Origin: a virus
IMG/VR virus record: IMGVR_UViG_3300045988_115788
Length of the DNA: 64,000 nt
Direction: 5' to 3' (one strand)
The position numbers and the translations under genes are program-made. Under the pieces are notes generated by a model, which was not told where the DNA came from, searched no databases, and worked only from the letters and a program-made list of their open reading frames with translations. Each line of letters starts with the position of its first letter. The stretch's first letter is position 1. Shown piece after piece: positions 46,409 through 56,704 of this stretch.

Positions 46409-47332
46409 TTACTCCTTACTTGGAATTAAATTAGCATAGTACAAATCATCTCTACTGTCAACAGACCCCGCTTCGACCCAATCAGCAGAAGCGTTAATAA
46501 CGCCCATTCCATAATTAGAATCATAACTCAAAGAAGGGGTACCAGTAAATACAACCAAAAAAGAATTTCCATTCCAGTCCTTTATTACTTTTGGTTGCTT
46601 GTCCGTAACGAACTCTAAGAAACTATTTGCTTTGTCTACAATAGCTTTTCTATCAGGAACTCTTTCCTCTTCATCATAATTGTCTTGAAGAACCATTCCA
46701 GCAAGACTGCCTGTTTTGTAGTTTGTTGTTGCATTGCTAATCAAAGTAGGATATTTCTTATTCAAAGGTTCATAAATATCAACTTTTTGATTTTGTTGAG
46801 TATCTCCGTAAGATACTTGAGCATACATTTTAAAAGCCGTGTCAACGGTACAAATAAAAACACCTTTATATTGGCTTAGAACGCGGCGCGTAAAATATTG
46901 CCCTTCAATCGTATCTGTGTCCATTGGAACAATAGCATACTCATAAGTTACATTGCTTTTTACTGCTGAATAATCATCAAAAGTTATAACAGTATTTTTA
47001 TTTCTTAAATCAAATTCTTTTATAGTAAACCAATTTCCGGTTCCAACTTCTCTTCTTTTGATTCTTGCTTTATAAGCACGAGAAAAAGCATCAGGAAAAT
47101 ACCCTGCTTGTAAAGTCTTTTTATCAAAATGAGTTAAAAGCAAAGTGTCTTTATCCCAAATATTGCTAATGCTTTCAGTTTCTTCAAATTCTGTATTTTT
47201 TGAAAGTCTAATTTGTTCTATAACAAACCCACCAGCAGAAAGAGAATTTGTTTCAAAATTATAGACAGGCATAGGGTCTGCCGCATTTCCGTCCGCAAAA
47301 AAGTTGTATCCCAAAAAGCCTATCATCTTCAA
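46409..47332 (-). CDS. tail-tip/baseplate structural protein
   Basis: 307-aa ORF. Assigned by position. Confidence 0.4.
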   Translation of the reverse strand: MKMIGFLGYNFFADGNAADPMPVYNFETNSLSAGGFVIEQIRLSKNTEFEETESISNIWDKDTLLLTHFDKKTLQAGYFPDAFSRAYKARIKRREVGTGNWFTIKEFDLRNKNTVITFDDYSAVKSNVTYEYAIVPMDTDTIEGQYFTRRVLSQYKGVFICTVDTAFKMYAQVSYGDTQQNQKVDIYEPLNKKYPTLISNATTNYKTGSLAGMVLQDNYDEEERVPDRKAIVDKANSFLEFVTDKQPKVIKDWNGNSFLVVFTGTPSLSYDSNYGMGVINASADWVEAGSVDSRDDLYYANLIPSKE

Positions 47333-48549
47333 CCCTCCTTCTTGGTTAAAACTATGTCAAGCAAACCATTTACATATCTTACCCAAATATTCAAATCTTC
47401 AAAAGACAAAGGACGAGAAATTGAATTGCTATAAGCTATATAAGAATGTTTTTTGCTAGTTTCTCCATACGTTACATGGAAAATATCTAAACGACATTCT
47501 ATCCATGCAATGCCTTCGTTTATATCTTCTTTATAGTCTAATGTTAATTCAGGATAAGCCTCTGTTTCAGCGTCATATTTTCCTTGTAACTTTATGTTGT
47601 CATAATTTTTTCCAACCTGTTTAAAATCCCTTCCATCTACTTGCAAAGTAAAATCATCTTTAGAATTAAAACCGCTCCAAGTTGTAAAACCATACCTATT
47701 AGTTTCAGAATTGTATCCAGGATAATAACCATTATCAGAAGTAAATCCTGCGTCAGGAAAAGTGCTAATACTTGGCTGAATATTTTTTAATGGACTTTCA
47801 ACATGAATAAACCCTTGTTCACAATTATTTTCTAAAAACAATAAACTATCATCTTCGATTGGGTAACTAATAGTAATATCTTTTTGAGAGCGCTGAGAAA
47901 AAGTTAAGTTAAAGCTAGTGTTCCCTATTGCTTCAACTGAATATGTTCTTCCTTGTTCAAGACCAAAAAAGGTATATTCATAACTAACTTCCTCGTTAGG
48001 CTCCATATTAACAAGATAAGTGTATTGTATTCCAGAAGTGTCCACTATCTTATTTGCTTTTACGTCATATAAATTTAAAATATAACTATCAAGAATTTGT
48101 GTCTCTCCTGTTTGTTGAATTTCCGTCTGTCCTGTATCATAAACTAATCTTACTGTTTGTGTGGGGCCATTAAAGTCAGCTAAATCACTAGCGACAAAAG
48201 AAGGACGAAAATAAGGTTCCCTTCCAGTGTAAAAAGTCTTAGCAATAGACCACTCAGATGTTTCAGAACCATTAGATGTTCTTACTTGGCAAGACCAAAT
48301 GTCACTACGAACAGGAATTTTATCCTTTGCGTCAAAGCTTACTACTTGAGGACTTTGATTATAAGTTCCAGAATAAGTATATGAAGAAGAGGCGCTAGTT
48401 AGTGATGTTATCTTTACTTCATAATTTGTTGGCTTATTGCCGCCAGAAACAACAAATTCCATATAGAAAGGAAAAGTTGTGGGCTGAACATACAAACCAC
48501 TCACAACAATAGAATTTAATTTTACAATTACTGGTGTATACAGCGCCAA
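47329..48549 (-). CDS. tail-tip/baseplate structural protein
   Basis: 406-aa ORF. Assigned by position. Confidence 0.4.
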   Translation of the reverse strand: MALYTPVIVKLNSIVVSGLYVQPTTFPFYMEFVVSGGNKPTNYEVKITSLTSASSSYTYSGTYNQSPQVVSFDAKDKIPVRSDIWSCQVRTSNGSETSEWSIAKTFYTGREPYFRPSFVASDLADFNGPTQTVRLVYDTGQTEIQQTGETQILDSYILNLYDVKANKIVDTSGIQYTYLVNMEPNEEVSYEYTFFGLEQGRTYSVEAIGNTSFNLTFSQRSQKDITISYPIEDDSLLFLENNCEQGFIHVESPLKNIQPSISTFPDAGFTSDNGYYPGYNSETNRYGFTTWSGFNSKDDFTLQVDGRDFKQVGKNYDNIKLQGKYDAETEAYPELTLDYKEDINEGIAWIECRLDIFHVTYGETSKKHSYIAYSNSISRPLSFEDLNIWVRYVNGLLDIVLTKKEG

Positions 48550-48562
48550 GGAATCACCTCCT

Positions 48563-48805
48563 TCAAATTAGAATAAATGCTTGACTCATTTGCCCTTGTG
48601 GAACAAAAACTTTTACACTAATTCCTTCTTTAACATCGGATTTTTTACCACCGTACACAGGTAAATCATAAATTTTATTTTTCACCTTCACCTTCAAAGA
48701 TGTACCCTCTTTTACGATAATACCTGTATAAATTTGAGTATTGTTTTCTTCTACTCTTTTATTTACAATAACTTCAATAGCATCTAAAAAATTTTCAACA
48801 TTCAT
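48563..48805 (-). CDS. small tail-associated protein
   Basis: 80-aa ORF immediately after the tape measure. Confidence 0.4.
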   Translation of the reverse strand: MNVENFLDAIEVIVNKRVEENNTQIYTGIIVKEGTSLKVKVKNKIYDLPVYGGKKSDVKEGISVKVFVPQGQMSQAFILI

Positions 48806-48854
48806 AAGCTACCTCATTTTTCAAAGGGGAGCCATAAGACTCCCCTTTTTAAAC

Positions 48855-51800
48855 TTATCTTCTCTTATAAGCTCTTTGGTTCGCAATATTGATTACTGCT
48901 TTCACAAAATCTTCAGCGTCATTTCCATTTTTAACATTGGGGAAAGACATTTGAACTCCGTTCATACTTATTCCACTTTGAGTATTGTTTACCAAGCTTT
49001 TTAATACCGAATCAGGAGTTAAAGCGCCCCAAGCAAACAAATTGCGAGTTAAATCATTAGGTATGACGCCATCACCAGAACCTAATACACCCAATTCTGG
49101 GCCGTTTTCTCCTAGAAGACTTAATCCAGGATTGGTATTTTTTTCAGTTCCTTTTTCGTATTTTCCAACACCTGCAACAGTATAAATGTTACCATTTTGA
49201 TTAACTGTGACTGAACCATCATTGTTTTTAGTCCAATAAGAGCCATCGCCGCCAGTCAATGTAGCGTAAGCTTTAGCGTTCTCAATAAAGTCTATACCTT
49301 TTTGAGAGGTGATATTATACGCTCCGCCAGAAGAATTATAACCAGTATATCGTTTTGTTTGACTACCGCCAGTACTTTGACCTGGTTGACTTATTGGTTT
49401 CTCAATTAGTTCAGACTCATAAGTACCGTCAGACTTTACTTTAGTAATTTTATAAGTGCCGCCAGCAGTAGTAACCCTGTCGCCAACTTTAAGCCCTCTG
49501 GGAGCTTTACCGTCATTTCCTACAGAAACCGTAGTTCCTTTAGATTCAGACCAGCTCACATCGGAAGGCGCAGGGTCATATCTAGCACCAGTTCCTTCAT
49601 AATCTTTATTAGTAATGTTATTTACTAACTCAGACTCGTAAGTGCCGTCATTTTTAACCTTGGTTATTCTGTAAGTTCCACCGGCAGTAACAACATTGTC
49701 GCCAACCTTTAAGCCGCTAGGAGCATTACCATTTTTACCTACTTGATAAGTTCTTCCGCTAGATTCAGTTTTAGGTGTTTCTGTAGCGCTAGAAACTTTG
49801 TCGTAAGTGCCGCCACGAGAAGCGTATTCTTTTCGAGTTTCGCTACTGATTTTTTTGGATTCATAAGTTCCGTCTTCATTAACCTTAATGATTTGGAACG
49901 TCCCGCCATCAGTAACTACCTTGTCACCAATTTTAAGCCCCTTGGGAGCTTTCCCATCTTTGCCCGCTTCATAAGTGCCAGAACCAAAGATTTCACCCTT
50001 GTCAATACGCTCTTGCATATTTTGGGCATCTTTAAGCTGTCTCATATATTCTTTATACTCAGAAACAAAATTAGAAAGATTTCTAATACGAGTATCCCAA
50101 TTCATCTTTTCAGAATTTATACCAAATTCTTGTTCGATAATTAGACGATTCTGTTCTTCTTGATAATCATCAACAACATTTTCCCACTCGTTTTTATACT
50201 CTTCCCATTTATTTATCTGTTCTTCAATATTTTTGACAGCTTCATCTTTTAGCTTTTCAAGACGGTCTTTCTCATCTTCTAGTGCTTTTTCACGTTCATA
50301 GCTTTCAAGATTTTTCTGCGCTTCACTAATTTCATCTATATCATCCGCATATTGGAATCTACCATCTTTGTAGACATAAACTTTCTTTTGTCGCGCTTTC
50401 GCTAGTTCATCTTGAAGCTCTTGTAACTTGATATTGTCTTCAATTTTATCGTTCTCTTCTTCAAGAGCTTTTATTTTTTCGTCGTAATAATCTTCCCAAT
50501 AATCTTTTTCTTCATTGAGGTCATCAATACGACGCTGTGCATCTTTAGCTACTTGCTCAAAAAGAAGTTCATACTTTTCTGTTTTGTTTTGAAGACCTTC
50601 TTCAAGCTCTTCATAATAGTTTTGCCATTCTTCTTTAGCCTTTTCTGCCGCTTCCGTTGCGGCATCAGCAATAGATTGAAATAGGTCTTGTGCATCGCCC
50701 TCAAGACTCCACCAACTGCTTTGAATTTCCCGAATAATAGTATCATTTTCATTGATACCCAATTTACGATAATATTCAGCTTGTTTGTGAAGTTCGGCTT
50801 GCATCGCTCTAATCTGAGCAATCTGCTCTTCTTCTGTTGCGCCATTCTTTTGCATTAGGAACAATCTATGTTCCATAATGTCAATTTGTTCAGAATAGAG
50901 TTTGTTTTGCTCTTCTAATTGCTTAGTAAAAGCTTCTGTGCGCTTATTTTGTGCATCAATAACAGCTTGAGCTAAACCTGCTCCAGAGCCAATCTTTTTG
51001 CTGATTTCTTTCGCTTGCTTCTCAAGGTCAGACTTCTTTAAATCAGAATAAGACCCCTTGGCGGTTTCGTATTGTTTAGTAACAGATTTAGTCCAATCAG
51101 CATAAGCATTGTTTACTTTTGGCAATTCAGGCTGTTTATTTTTATCAAAATCGCCCCAATGAGTCTTTTCAGAAGTAGACAATTTGCTAAGTAACTGGCG
51201 TGTAGTATCATTGTTATATACCTCTGCACCAGAAGGAAGTTTAACAATTTCTGGGCCTTCTTCACCAACAAGAATAGTACCTTCTTTAGTAACCGTACCA
51301 CCCGTAGCCATGCCGTGGATTGTATCTATATATTGAGCATTAGAAAGAGCGCCACTCCCAGCAGAAGCCGCTCCAGACGCAGAAGCTTTTAGATTTCTTA
51401 ATGCTGCTGCCGCCGCATTAGCTTTACCAACAATAGCAGTCAGGCTAGAAGATAAACCACTTACATTTAAAGTAAGATTACCAACACTTCTTGCAGATGC
51501 CGCAAAGCTTCTTAGTGCCGCACTTGCACTATTCGCCGCAGTTGCTACTTTTCTTAAAGCGCCAGAAGTTCTATTTGCTGGCCCAGCAACTTTACCCACA
51601 GCAGAAGACGCTTTAGAAGCACTAGAAGAAATTCTACTTAAAGTAGCACCGCAGCTAGACGCAGAAGTAGCTAGACTAGCGACTCCTGCACTGGCAGAAC
51701 TTGCCGCGCCCGAAACAATACTGAGAGAGGTAGATAGTAATGCGCCACTCCCTGCCGCAGAAGACAGGTTACTTGCAATAGAACTAATATTGACAGACGC

Positions 51801-54800
51801 TTGAGACGCCGCCATACTAACGCTATTCATGCTGCCAGCAATAGTTAGCATACTAGATGCCGCATTGCTTAGAGAAGCTGTAGCGGTTGTTACATTAGCC
51901 GCAAAAGTACCTAATGCAGTCCCCGCATTTCCAGAAGCAGTCCCTAGACTATTCATGTGAGTGACAGATTGACTAGACTGCGTAGTAAGAGTGATTAGTG
52001 CGGATGCCGCATTGTGAGCGCCGTCAGTGATGCCAGACATAGCATTGGAGGCACTTGTTGCAATAGAAGATAGAGAAGTATCTACTGTTGTTGCGCTAGT
52101 GCTAAGATTGGTCATGCTTTCGCTTACTTGACTGACAAGAGTATTTACTTGGACAAGCGTTCCTTTGACTCCAATAAGAGAGCCACTAACAGCAGTCAAG
52201 CTACTTGACGCATTAGAAAAAGCTTGTGCTAATCTTTGTCCTGCGTCACCTGCCGCTTGACCAAAATCAGCGATACTACTTGCCATTTTACTTGCAACAG
52301 TATTGATACTATTGAAAGTTTCAGTAACGCCAGCAGTTTGAGATTTTAAATTTGCAAAACCGCTAGAAAGTCCTGTTGCGCTATCATGAGCACCATCTAA
52401 CGCCGCTTTAATATTGTCTCTTAATACTTGACACTGTTGAGCCACTTCTACAACAGCATCACCAACAGACCTTATATTATCAACAGTGGTTTGAATAGAC
52501 GTAGCCATACTAGAGAAATTGCTACTAACAGAAGTAGACATGTTTCCTAGTCCCTGATTCACAGTACCAATAGCAGTAGAAATTTCTACAATCCGTCCTG
52601 CAAAATCAGTAAAATTAGAAGAAAGAGTTGCGGCATCTCCTGCAAATTTGCTAAACGAATCTCCCAGCCCATCAATCAATCCTGAATATTTTTCAATACC
52701 AGAAGAAAATACGTCAAAAGATTCAGCAATATTGTTTAGGCCACTCGTATCAACTTGAGCAGATTCAACAATTCTTTGATTAGCTTCTTCAAACTTTTCT
52801 GCTGCTTTAATTGCTTCTTCACCTATTGTTTTATAAGCATCGGAAGCACCTGCAACATCTACAGTTTGAACACCTTCATCAACAGCATCATTTACCGCTT
52901 GTTGGGCTTCACCAACCTGCTTCGCACCCTCTTTAGCATTTTCGCCAAGTTGTTTGTAGCTGGTTCCAGCAGCTTCCATTCCTCCGACAGCGCCAGATAA
53001 CAATTCACTAGCACTGCCAAACATTTTGCCGCCCTTTTCTGCTGTTTTGCCGCCTTCTTCTACACCTTTGCCGCTTTCTTTTGCCGCTTCGCCAAAATTA
53101 AATCCTTCGCCTCTCATGCCTGGGCCAACAAGTTGTTTGTTATTGATAATATCAATCCACTCAACCCACATTTTGGCAACAGTATCGCCATCTTCAGCCG
53201 CTTTTCTTGCTTGGTCAACAAGACTCTTCATCGCGTCGGTTTCAAAAACCTTGGGGTCAATTTTGCCGCCTTCCATAATGGTTTTCATTACATCGACCCA
53301 TTGTTTTGCGGCTTCATCTCCCTCTGCGGCAGATTTTTGTAATTGTTCACTAAATTGAAGCGCGCCATCACCATTTATATCAAACTTGGCTTCGTTAAGC
53401 TTGTCAATAACAGAAAGAATTTTTTGTGCGTATTCGTCACCGTTATCTGCGGCTTTCCTAAGATTATCTATCCAAGGGCCAAAAGCATCATCTTTAAGAT
53501 TAACAAAATCTATTTCGCCAGACGCAATTCCTTTAATGATTTCCATTAACTTCTTTGCGCCTTCATCCGTTGATTCAGCAAGAGTTTTGCCAAATCCTTC
53601 TGCAAAATTGGAAGAATCAGTTAAGGTTTTTGCTAACTCTCTAGTTTTGTTATCTATTTTAGAAATTTCATCGGCACTTTTCTTGGTTTCTTCAGCTGTA
53701 TTTGCATACGCCTCTGCCAACAATTTTTCTGCTTGTTCTTTGGACTTCGTGACGCCTAAACTTTCTAGCAAAGTGGCTAGACGGTCTTTATCCATATTTG
53801 CAAGTTGCGCTTCATTCATTTGGGTCAGCAAATAATCTTTGGCAATTTGTGTCATTGCCTCATCATATTTTTCTGCTGTCACCGAACCATCTTCAAACAT
53901 TTGTTGAAGGTCTGTAAGCCCCTCAGAAACAAAACCAGAAGCAGATAGAGAATTAACAGTATTAAGAACAGTTGTTAGTTCTTCATCAGTAGATTTTCCT
54001 TTTTCGCCAACACCTTGCATAGCATCAGCGAACCCTTGCAAAGCATCTTTCGCTGAATTTACAGCAGTGACTTGTTGAGCGTTAGTAATCTCACCATAAG
54101 CTTGAAGTTCAAAATCTGGGTCAAGTTCTCGCAAATATTTATACATATCTGCGTGTTTTTGTGTCCACTCATCCCCAGAAGAAACGGCTTCTTGTAACTG
54201 TTCTTCGTATTTTAATAAGGTGGCACTTAAATCATCTACTTGTTTATTAACATCTTCAATATTCCACTGACCACCAAGCAAACCAGCTACGCCATCTTTT
54301 TTCATAGTGATTTGCCCTGTTTGTAACATTTGCTTTTGGACTTCTTGTAACTCTTTTAAATCTTTTAAATCTTCTTTGTAGCTAGGGGTAGAAACACTTT
54401 CTAGTGGCCCTTTGCCTGTGTTCGCACCTACATAGGTGTGAACTCTGCCTTCTTCATCTGTCCATTTTTGTGAAGTATCTTCGCCAGGTGTTTCATCACC
54501 AAACATTTCTACGTTACGAATTTTTTCTTGAACTTCGTCAAGCTGTCCTTCAAAGTCCTTTAAGCGCTGTTGCCAAATTTGAACAAATCTTGGGTCTGCA
54601 CCAGACTCTTGCAACCGTTGAATTTCTGATTGACAAGTAGATATATTATCTTCTAGTTCTTCAGCAGAAGCATTAAGCTTTCCTAAAGGAGACTCTGCTT
54701 TAGTTATGTCATAAGCTTGTTTAATAAGAACTATTAGAGCGGCAATAGCAATAGACAAAGGTAAAGCGGCTTCACCAAGGGAGGAAAAGAAGCCAGATAC

Positions 54801-55766
54801 TTTTTCTCCCATTGAACTACTAGCTTCTCCAACATCGTCCATAACATCGCCGACATCATCAATGTTGTCCTTAACTTCATCAGCAATGTCTCCCATGTCA
54901 CCGAGCAGATTTTCTGCATCGCTTATACCATCACTAAAGTTACCAAATTTATTGCCGACATCAAATAGTTCATCAAAAGAATCGCTTACATCATCAATAC
55001 CGTCGGTAATATTTTCAGTAATATCGCCAACTTCTTCAAGCCCATTTCCAAAATTGCCAAATTTATTGCCAACATCAAATAATTCGTCAAAAGAATCTCC
55101 TGTCTCTGTTACTGTGTCTTTGACATTGACTAATGTATTTTCAGCATTTTGAATACCGTTTCCAAAATTACCAAACTGATTACCAACATCAAACAATTCA
55201 TCAAAAGAAGATTCTACAATATTTACCGTATCCGCTGCACCGCTAAAAGCATTAGAAATTGTATTTCCTGCGTTACTTGCGGCATTAGCTATATTAGACA
55301 CTGTGTTTGCTGTATTAGAAGCAGCAGTTGTTACCGTGTTTATTGCGTTTGCCGCAGTTGTTGCTCCTGTACCAATATTAGCAAAAATATCACCAAAATT
55401 AGCAAACTGAGAAACCAGTTTACTAATAGTTGGAGCAAATTTGCCAATACCACCAGTAAGAACACCAGTAAGAACGCCAAACTGCGTTGCTACTCTGCTA
55501 ATATCGCCTAGGGGTCCTTCAGAAGTCAGTGTTGAAAACACACTATTAAGTACATCCAATGCAGACTTCATTGCATCAGAATTTAAAACAGAAGTTGCAA
55601 ACTCCTGAAATGTTGATTTGAGGTTTGAAAGTTTTCCTTCAAAACTCTCCATATATCTTTCATTCTCTTGAGCGGCTGACCCTTGAGAATTAAGTGCTGT
55701 TTCAGTCGCGGCAATAGCAGTATCGAAATTATCCATAATTGCCGCAAGATTCTGGCTCTGATTAGC
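48855..55766 (-). CDS. tail tape measure protein, exon 3
   Basis: Begins ANQSQNLAAIMDNFD... when joined to exon 2. Long helical and low-complexity protein with internal repeats. About 2303 aa in this exon. Confidence 0.85.
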   Translation of the reverse strand, partial: ANQSQNLAAIMDNFDTAIAATETALNSQGSAAQENERYMESFEGKLSNLKSTFQEFATSVLNSDAMKSALDVLNSVFSTLTSEGPLGDISRVATQFGVLTGVLTGGIGKFAPTISKLVSQFANFGDIFANIGTGATTAANAINTVTTAASNTANTVSNIANAASNAGNTISNAFSGAADTVNIVESSFDELFDVGNQFGNFGNGIQNAENTLVNVKDTVTETGDSFDELFDVGNKFGNFGNGLEEVGDITENITDGIDDVSDSFDELFDVGNKFGNFSDGISDAENLLGDMGDIADEVKDNIDDVGDVMDDVGEASSSMGEKVSGFFSSLGEAALPLSIAIAALIVLIKQAYDITKAESPLGKLNASAEELEDNISTCQSEIQRLQESGADPRFVQIWQQRLKDFEGQLDEVQEKIRNVEMFGDETPGEDTSQKWTDEEGRVHTYVGANTGKGPLESVSTPSYKEDLKDLKELQEVQKQMLQTGQITMKKDGVAGLLGGQWNIEDVNKQVDDLSATLLKYEEQLQEAVSSGDEWTQKHADMYKYLRELDPDFELQAYGEITNAQQVTAVNSAKDALQGFADAMQGVGEKGKSTDEELTTVLNTVNSLSASGFVSEGLTDLQQMFEDGSVTAEKYDEAMTQIAKDYLLTQMNEAQLANMDKDRLATLLESLGVTKSKEQAEKLLAEAYANTAEETKKSADEISKIDNKTRELAKTLTDSSNFAEGFGKTLAESTDEGAKKLMEIIKGIASGEIDFVNLKDDAFGPWIDNLRKAADNGDEYAQKILSVIDKLNEAKFDINGDGALQFSEQLQKSAAEGDEAAKQWVDVMKTIMEGGKIDPKVFETDAMKSLVDQARKAAEDGDTVAKMWVEWIDIINNKQLVGPGMRGEGFNFGEAAKESGKGVEEGGKTAEKGGKMFGSASELLSGAVGGMEAAGTSYKQLGENAKEGAKQVGEAQQAVNDAVDEGVQTVDVAGASDAYKTIGEEAIKAAEKFEEANQRIVESAQVDTSGLNNIAESFDVFSSGIEKYSGLIDGLGDSFSKFAGDAATLSSNFTDFAGRIVEISTAIGTVNQGLGNMSTSVSSNFSSMATSIQTTVDNIRSVGDAVVEVAQQCQVLRDNIKAALDGAHDSATGLSSGFANLKSQTAGVTETFNSINTVASKMASSIADFGQAAGDAGQRLAQAFSNASSSLTAVSGSLIGVKGTLVQVNTLVSQVSESMTNLSTSATTVDTSLSSIATSASNAMSGITDGAHNAASALITLTTQSSQSVTHMNSLGTASGNAGTALGTFAANVTTATASLSNAASSMLTIAGSMNSVSMAASQASVNISSIASNLSSAAGSGALLSTSLSIVSGAASSASAGVASLATSASSCGATLSRISSSASKASSAVGKVAGPANRTSGALRKVATAANSASAALRSFAASARSVGNLTLNVSGLSSSLTAIVGKANAAAAALRNLKASASGAASAGSGALSNAQYIDTIHGMATGGTVTKEGTILVGEEGPEIVKLPSGAEVYNNDTTRQLLSKLSTSEKTHWGDFDKNKQPELPKVNNAYADWTKSVTKQYETAKGSYSDLKKSDLEKQAKEISKKIGSGAGLAQAVIDAQNKRTEAFTKQLEEQNKLYSEQIDIMEHRLFLMQKNGATEEEQIAQIRAMQAELHKQAEYYRKLGINENDTIIREIQSSWWSLEGDAQDLFQSIADAATEAAEKAKEEWQNYYEELEEGLQNKTEKYELLFEQVAKDAQRRIDDLNEEKDYWEDYYDEKIKALEEENDKIEDNIKLQELQDELAKARQKKVYVYKDGRFQYADDIDEISEAQKNLESYEREKALEDEKDRLEKLKDEAVKNIEEQINKWEEYKNEWENVVDDYQEEQNRLIIEQEFGINSEKMNWDTRIRNLSNFVSEYKEYMRQLKDAQNMQERIDKGEIFGSGTYEAGKDGKAPKGLKIGDKVVTDGGTFQIIKVNEDGTYESKKISSETRKEYASRGGTYDKVSSATETPKTESSGRTYQVGKNGNAPSGLKVGDNVVTAGGTYRITKVKNDGTYESELVNNITNKDYEGTGARYDPAPSDVSWSESKGTTVSVGNDGKAPRGLKVGDRVTTAGGTYKITKVKSDGTYESELIEKPISQPGQSTGGSQTKRYTGYNSSGGAYNITSQKGIDFIENAKAYATLTGGDGSYWTKNNDGSVTVNQNGNIYTVAGVGKYEKGTEKNTNPGLSLLGENGPELGVLGSGDGVIPNDLTRNLFAWGALTPDSVLKSLVNNTQSGISMNGVQMSFPNVKNGNDAEDFVKAVINIANQRAYKRR
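49400..49975 (-). repeat. three tandem about 40-aa coding repeats in the tape measure C-terminal region
   Basis: GKDGKAPKGLKIGDKVVTDGGTFQIIKVNEDGTYESKKIS / GKNGNAPSGLKVGDNVVTAGGTYRITKVKNDGTYESELV / GNDGKAPRGLKVGDRVTTAGGTYKITKVKSDGTYESELI. Confidence 0.8.
54925..55215 (-). repeat. three tandem coding repeats (xSFDELFDVGNxFGNFxxG) in the tape measure
   Basis: Read directly from the translated ORF and its nucleotide repeats. Confidence 0.8.
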
Positions 55767-56146
55767 CATTATTAACTAAATTAAATGTTTTTCAACATTT
55801 CTAGTTTCTGACTATATCTTCACTATTTCGTTAAATAGTGTCAGTGCGCTTCGGATTGCTCCTACTCTACTCGCTTCGTCCGCTTATGCGTCTTATTCTG
55901 CCCATACTATAACACAGACAGTTACATTTATCAAGAATTTTTTCTTGATTGCTTTCGATAGTCGATGAAGGTTATACCGTATTTCAACGGCATCTTCCCT
56001 GCGGATTAACCATATATTTTTATCTCTTTTACAATCTCTTAGTTAATTACTCTAAGCCCCTATCTATGTTACCATGATAAGTTTGTGTATAAAACTTTAG
56101 GTTGTCCCCGTCAATTCACACTGAACAGGCGCTAACTTTAGAGTCC
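55767..56146 (-). mobile_element. group I intron (ORF-less) in the tape measure gene
   Basis: 380 nt lie between ..FLNVQAG and ANQSQNL... The 5' exon GCAGGU pairs with guide GCCUGU (+ 56125-56130), giving a U.G pair. Q AAUCCGCAGG (+ 55998-56009), R-like CACUGACACUAU (+ 55836-55847) and S AAGAUAUAGUC (+ 55810-55820) are present. Ends in G. Confidence 0.8.
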
Positions 56147-56704
56147 ACCTGCTTGAACGTTTAAGAAATACTTTTTTTGGTCTTCATCCAAAGTATTCCA
56201 TTTACCAGCCAAATCGCCTAGCGTATCATATAAAGAACGAAGATTGCCTTTTTCATCTTTAATTGCAATTCCGTGGTCTTTATAAAACGCAATTAGTTTT
56301 TGACCTGTACTTGAACTGTCATCAAGAATTTGATTATATCGAGACTGTACCGACACCAAAGCTCTCGATACTTTATTGCTGTTTCTAGTAATTTCTGTAC
56401 CTGCTGTTAGAAGACCTAGTGTTTCCTCGTAGGTAACGTTGCCAACAGCCATCGCAGAAGAAGCGTTACCGATAGATTGAGACAAATCACTAGAAGAAAC
56501 TGCAAAATTATTGCTAACAGAATTTAATGCGTCCACGACGTGCGTCGCTTCACTAGCAGGCTTATTAAATGCTTTTAATTGAGAAATAATAAAACTTGCC
56601 GCGTCACCAGCACTCATAGCATCATCTGCTACGTTTTGGAACATAGTTGCGGTTTTTGCTAAATTTGCACTTTCGGTATCTGAATATCCAGACTTTTTAA
56701 ATTC
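56147..56704 (-). CDS. tail tape measure protein, exon 2
   Basis: In-frame from EFKKSGYSDTESANLAKTATMFQNVADD... to ..FLNVQAG. Matches the TP901-type tape-measure core by eye. Confidence 0.8.

Noticed and set aside
48824-48847. Hairpin AAGGGGAG/CTCCCCTT between the tape measure stop and the next gene, as a terminator
   Set aside because: The U-tract is on the + strand side, where no + strand gene ends. On the - strand the stem is followed by only UU. It may attenuate transcription, but it is not a convincing terminator.
49743-55511. Many + strand ORFs inside the tape measure gene (for example 49743-50144, 53026-53358, 53386-53835, 54862-55152, 55149-55511)
   Set aside because: They are antisense to a single long, well-supported - strand gene, with low-complexity products and no translation signals.
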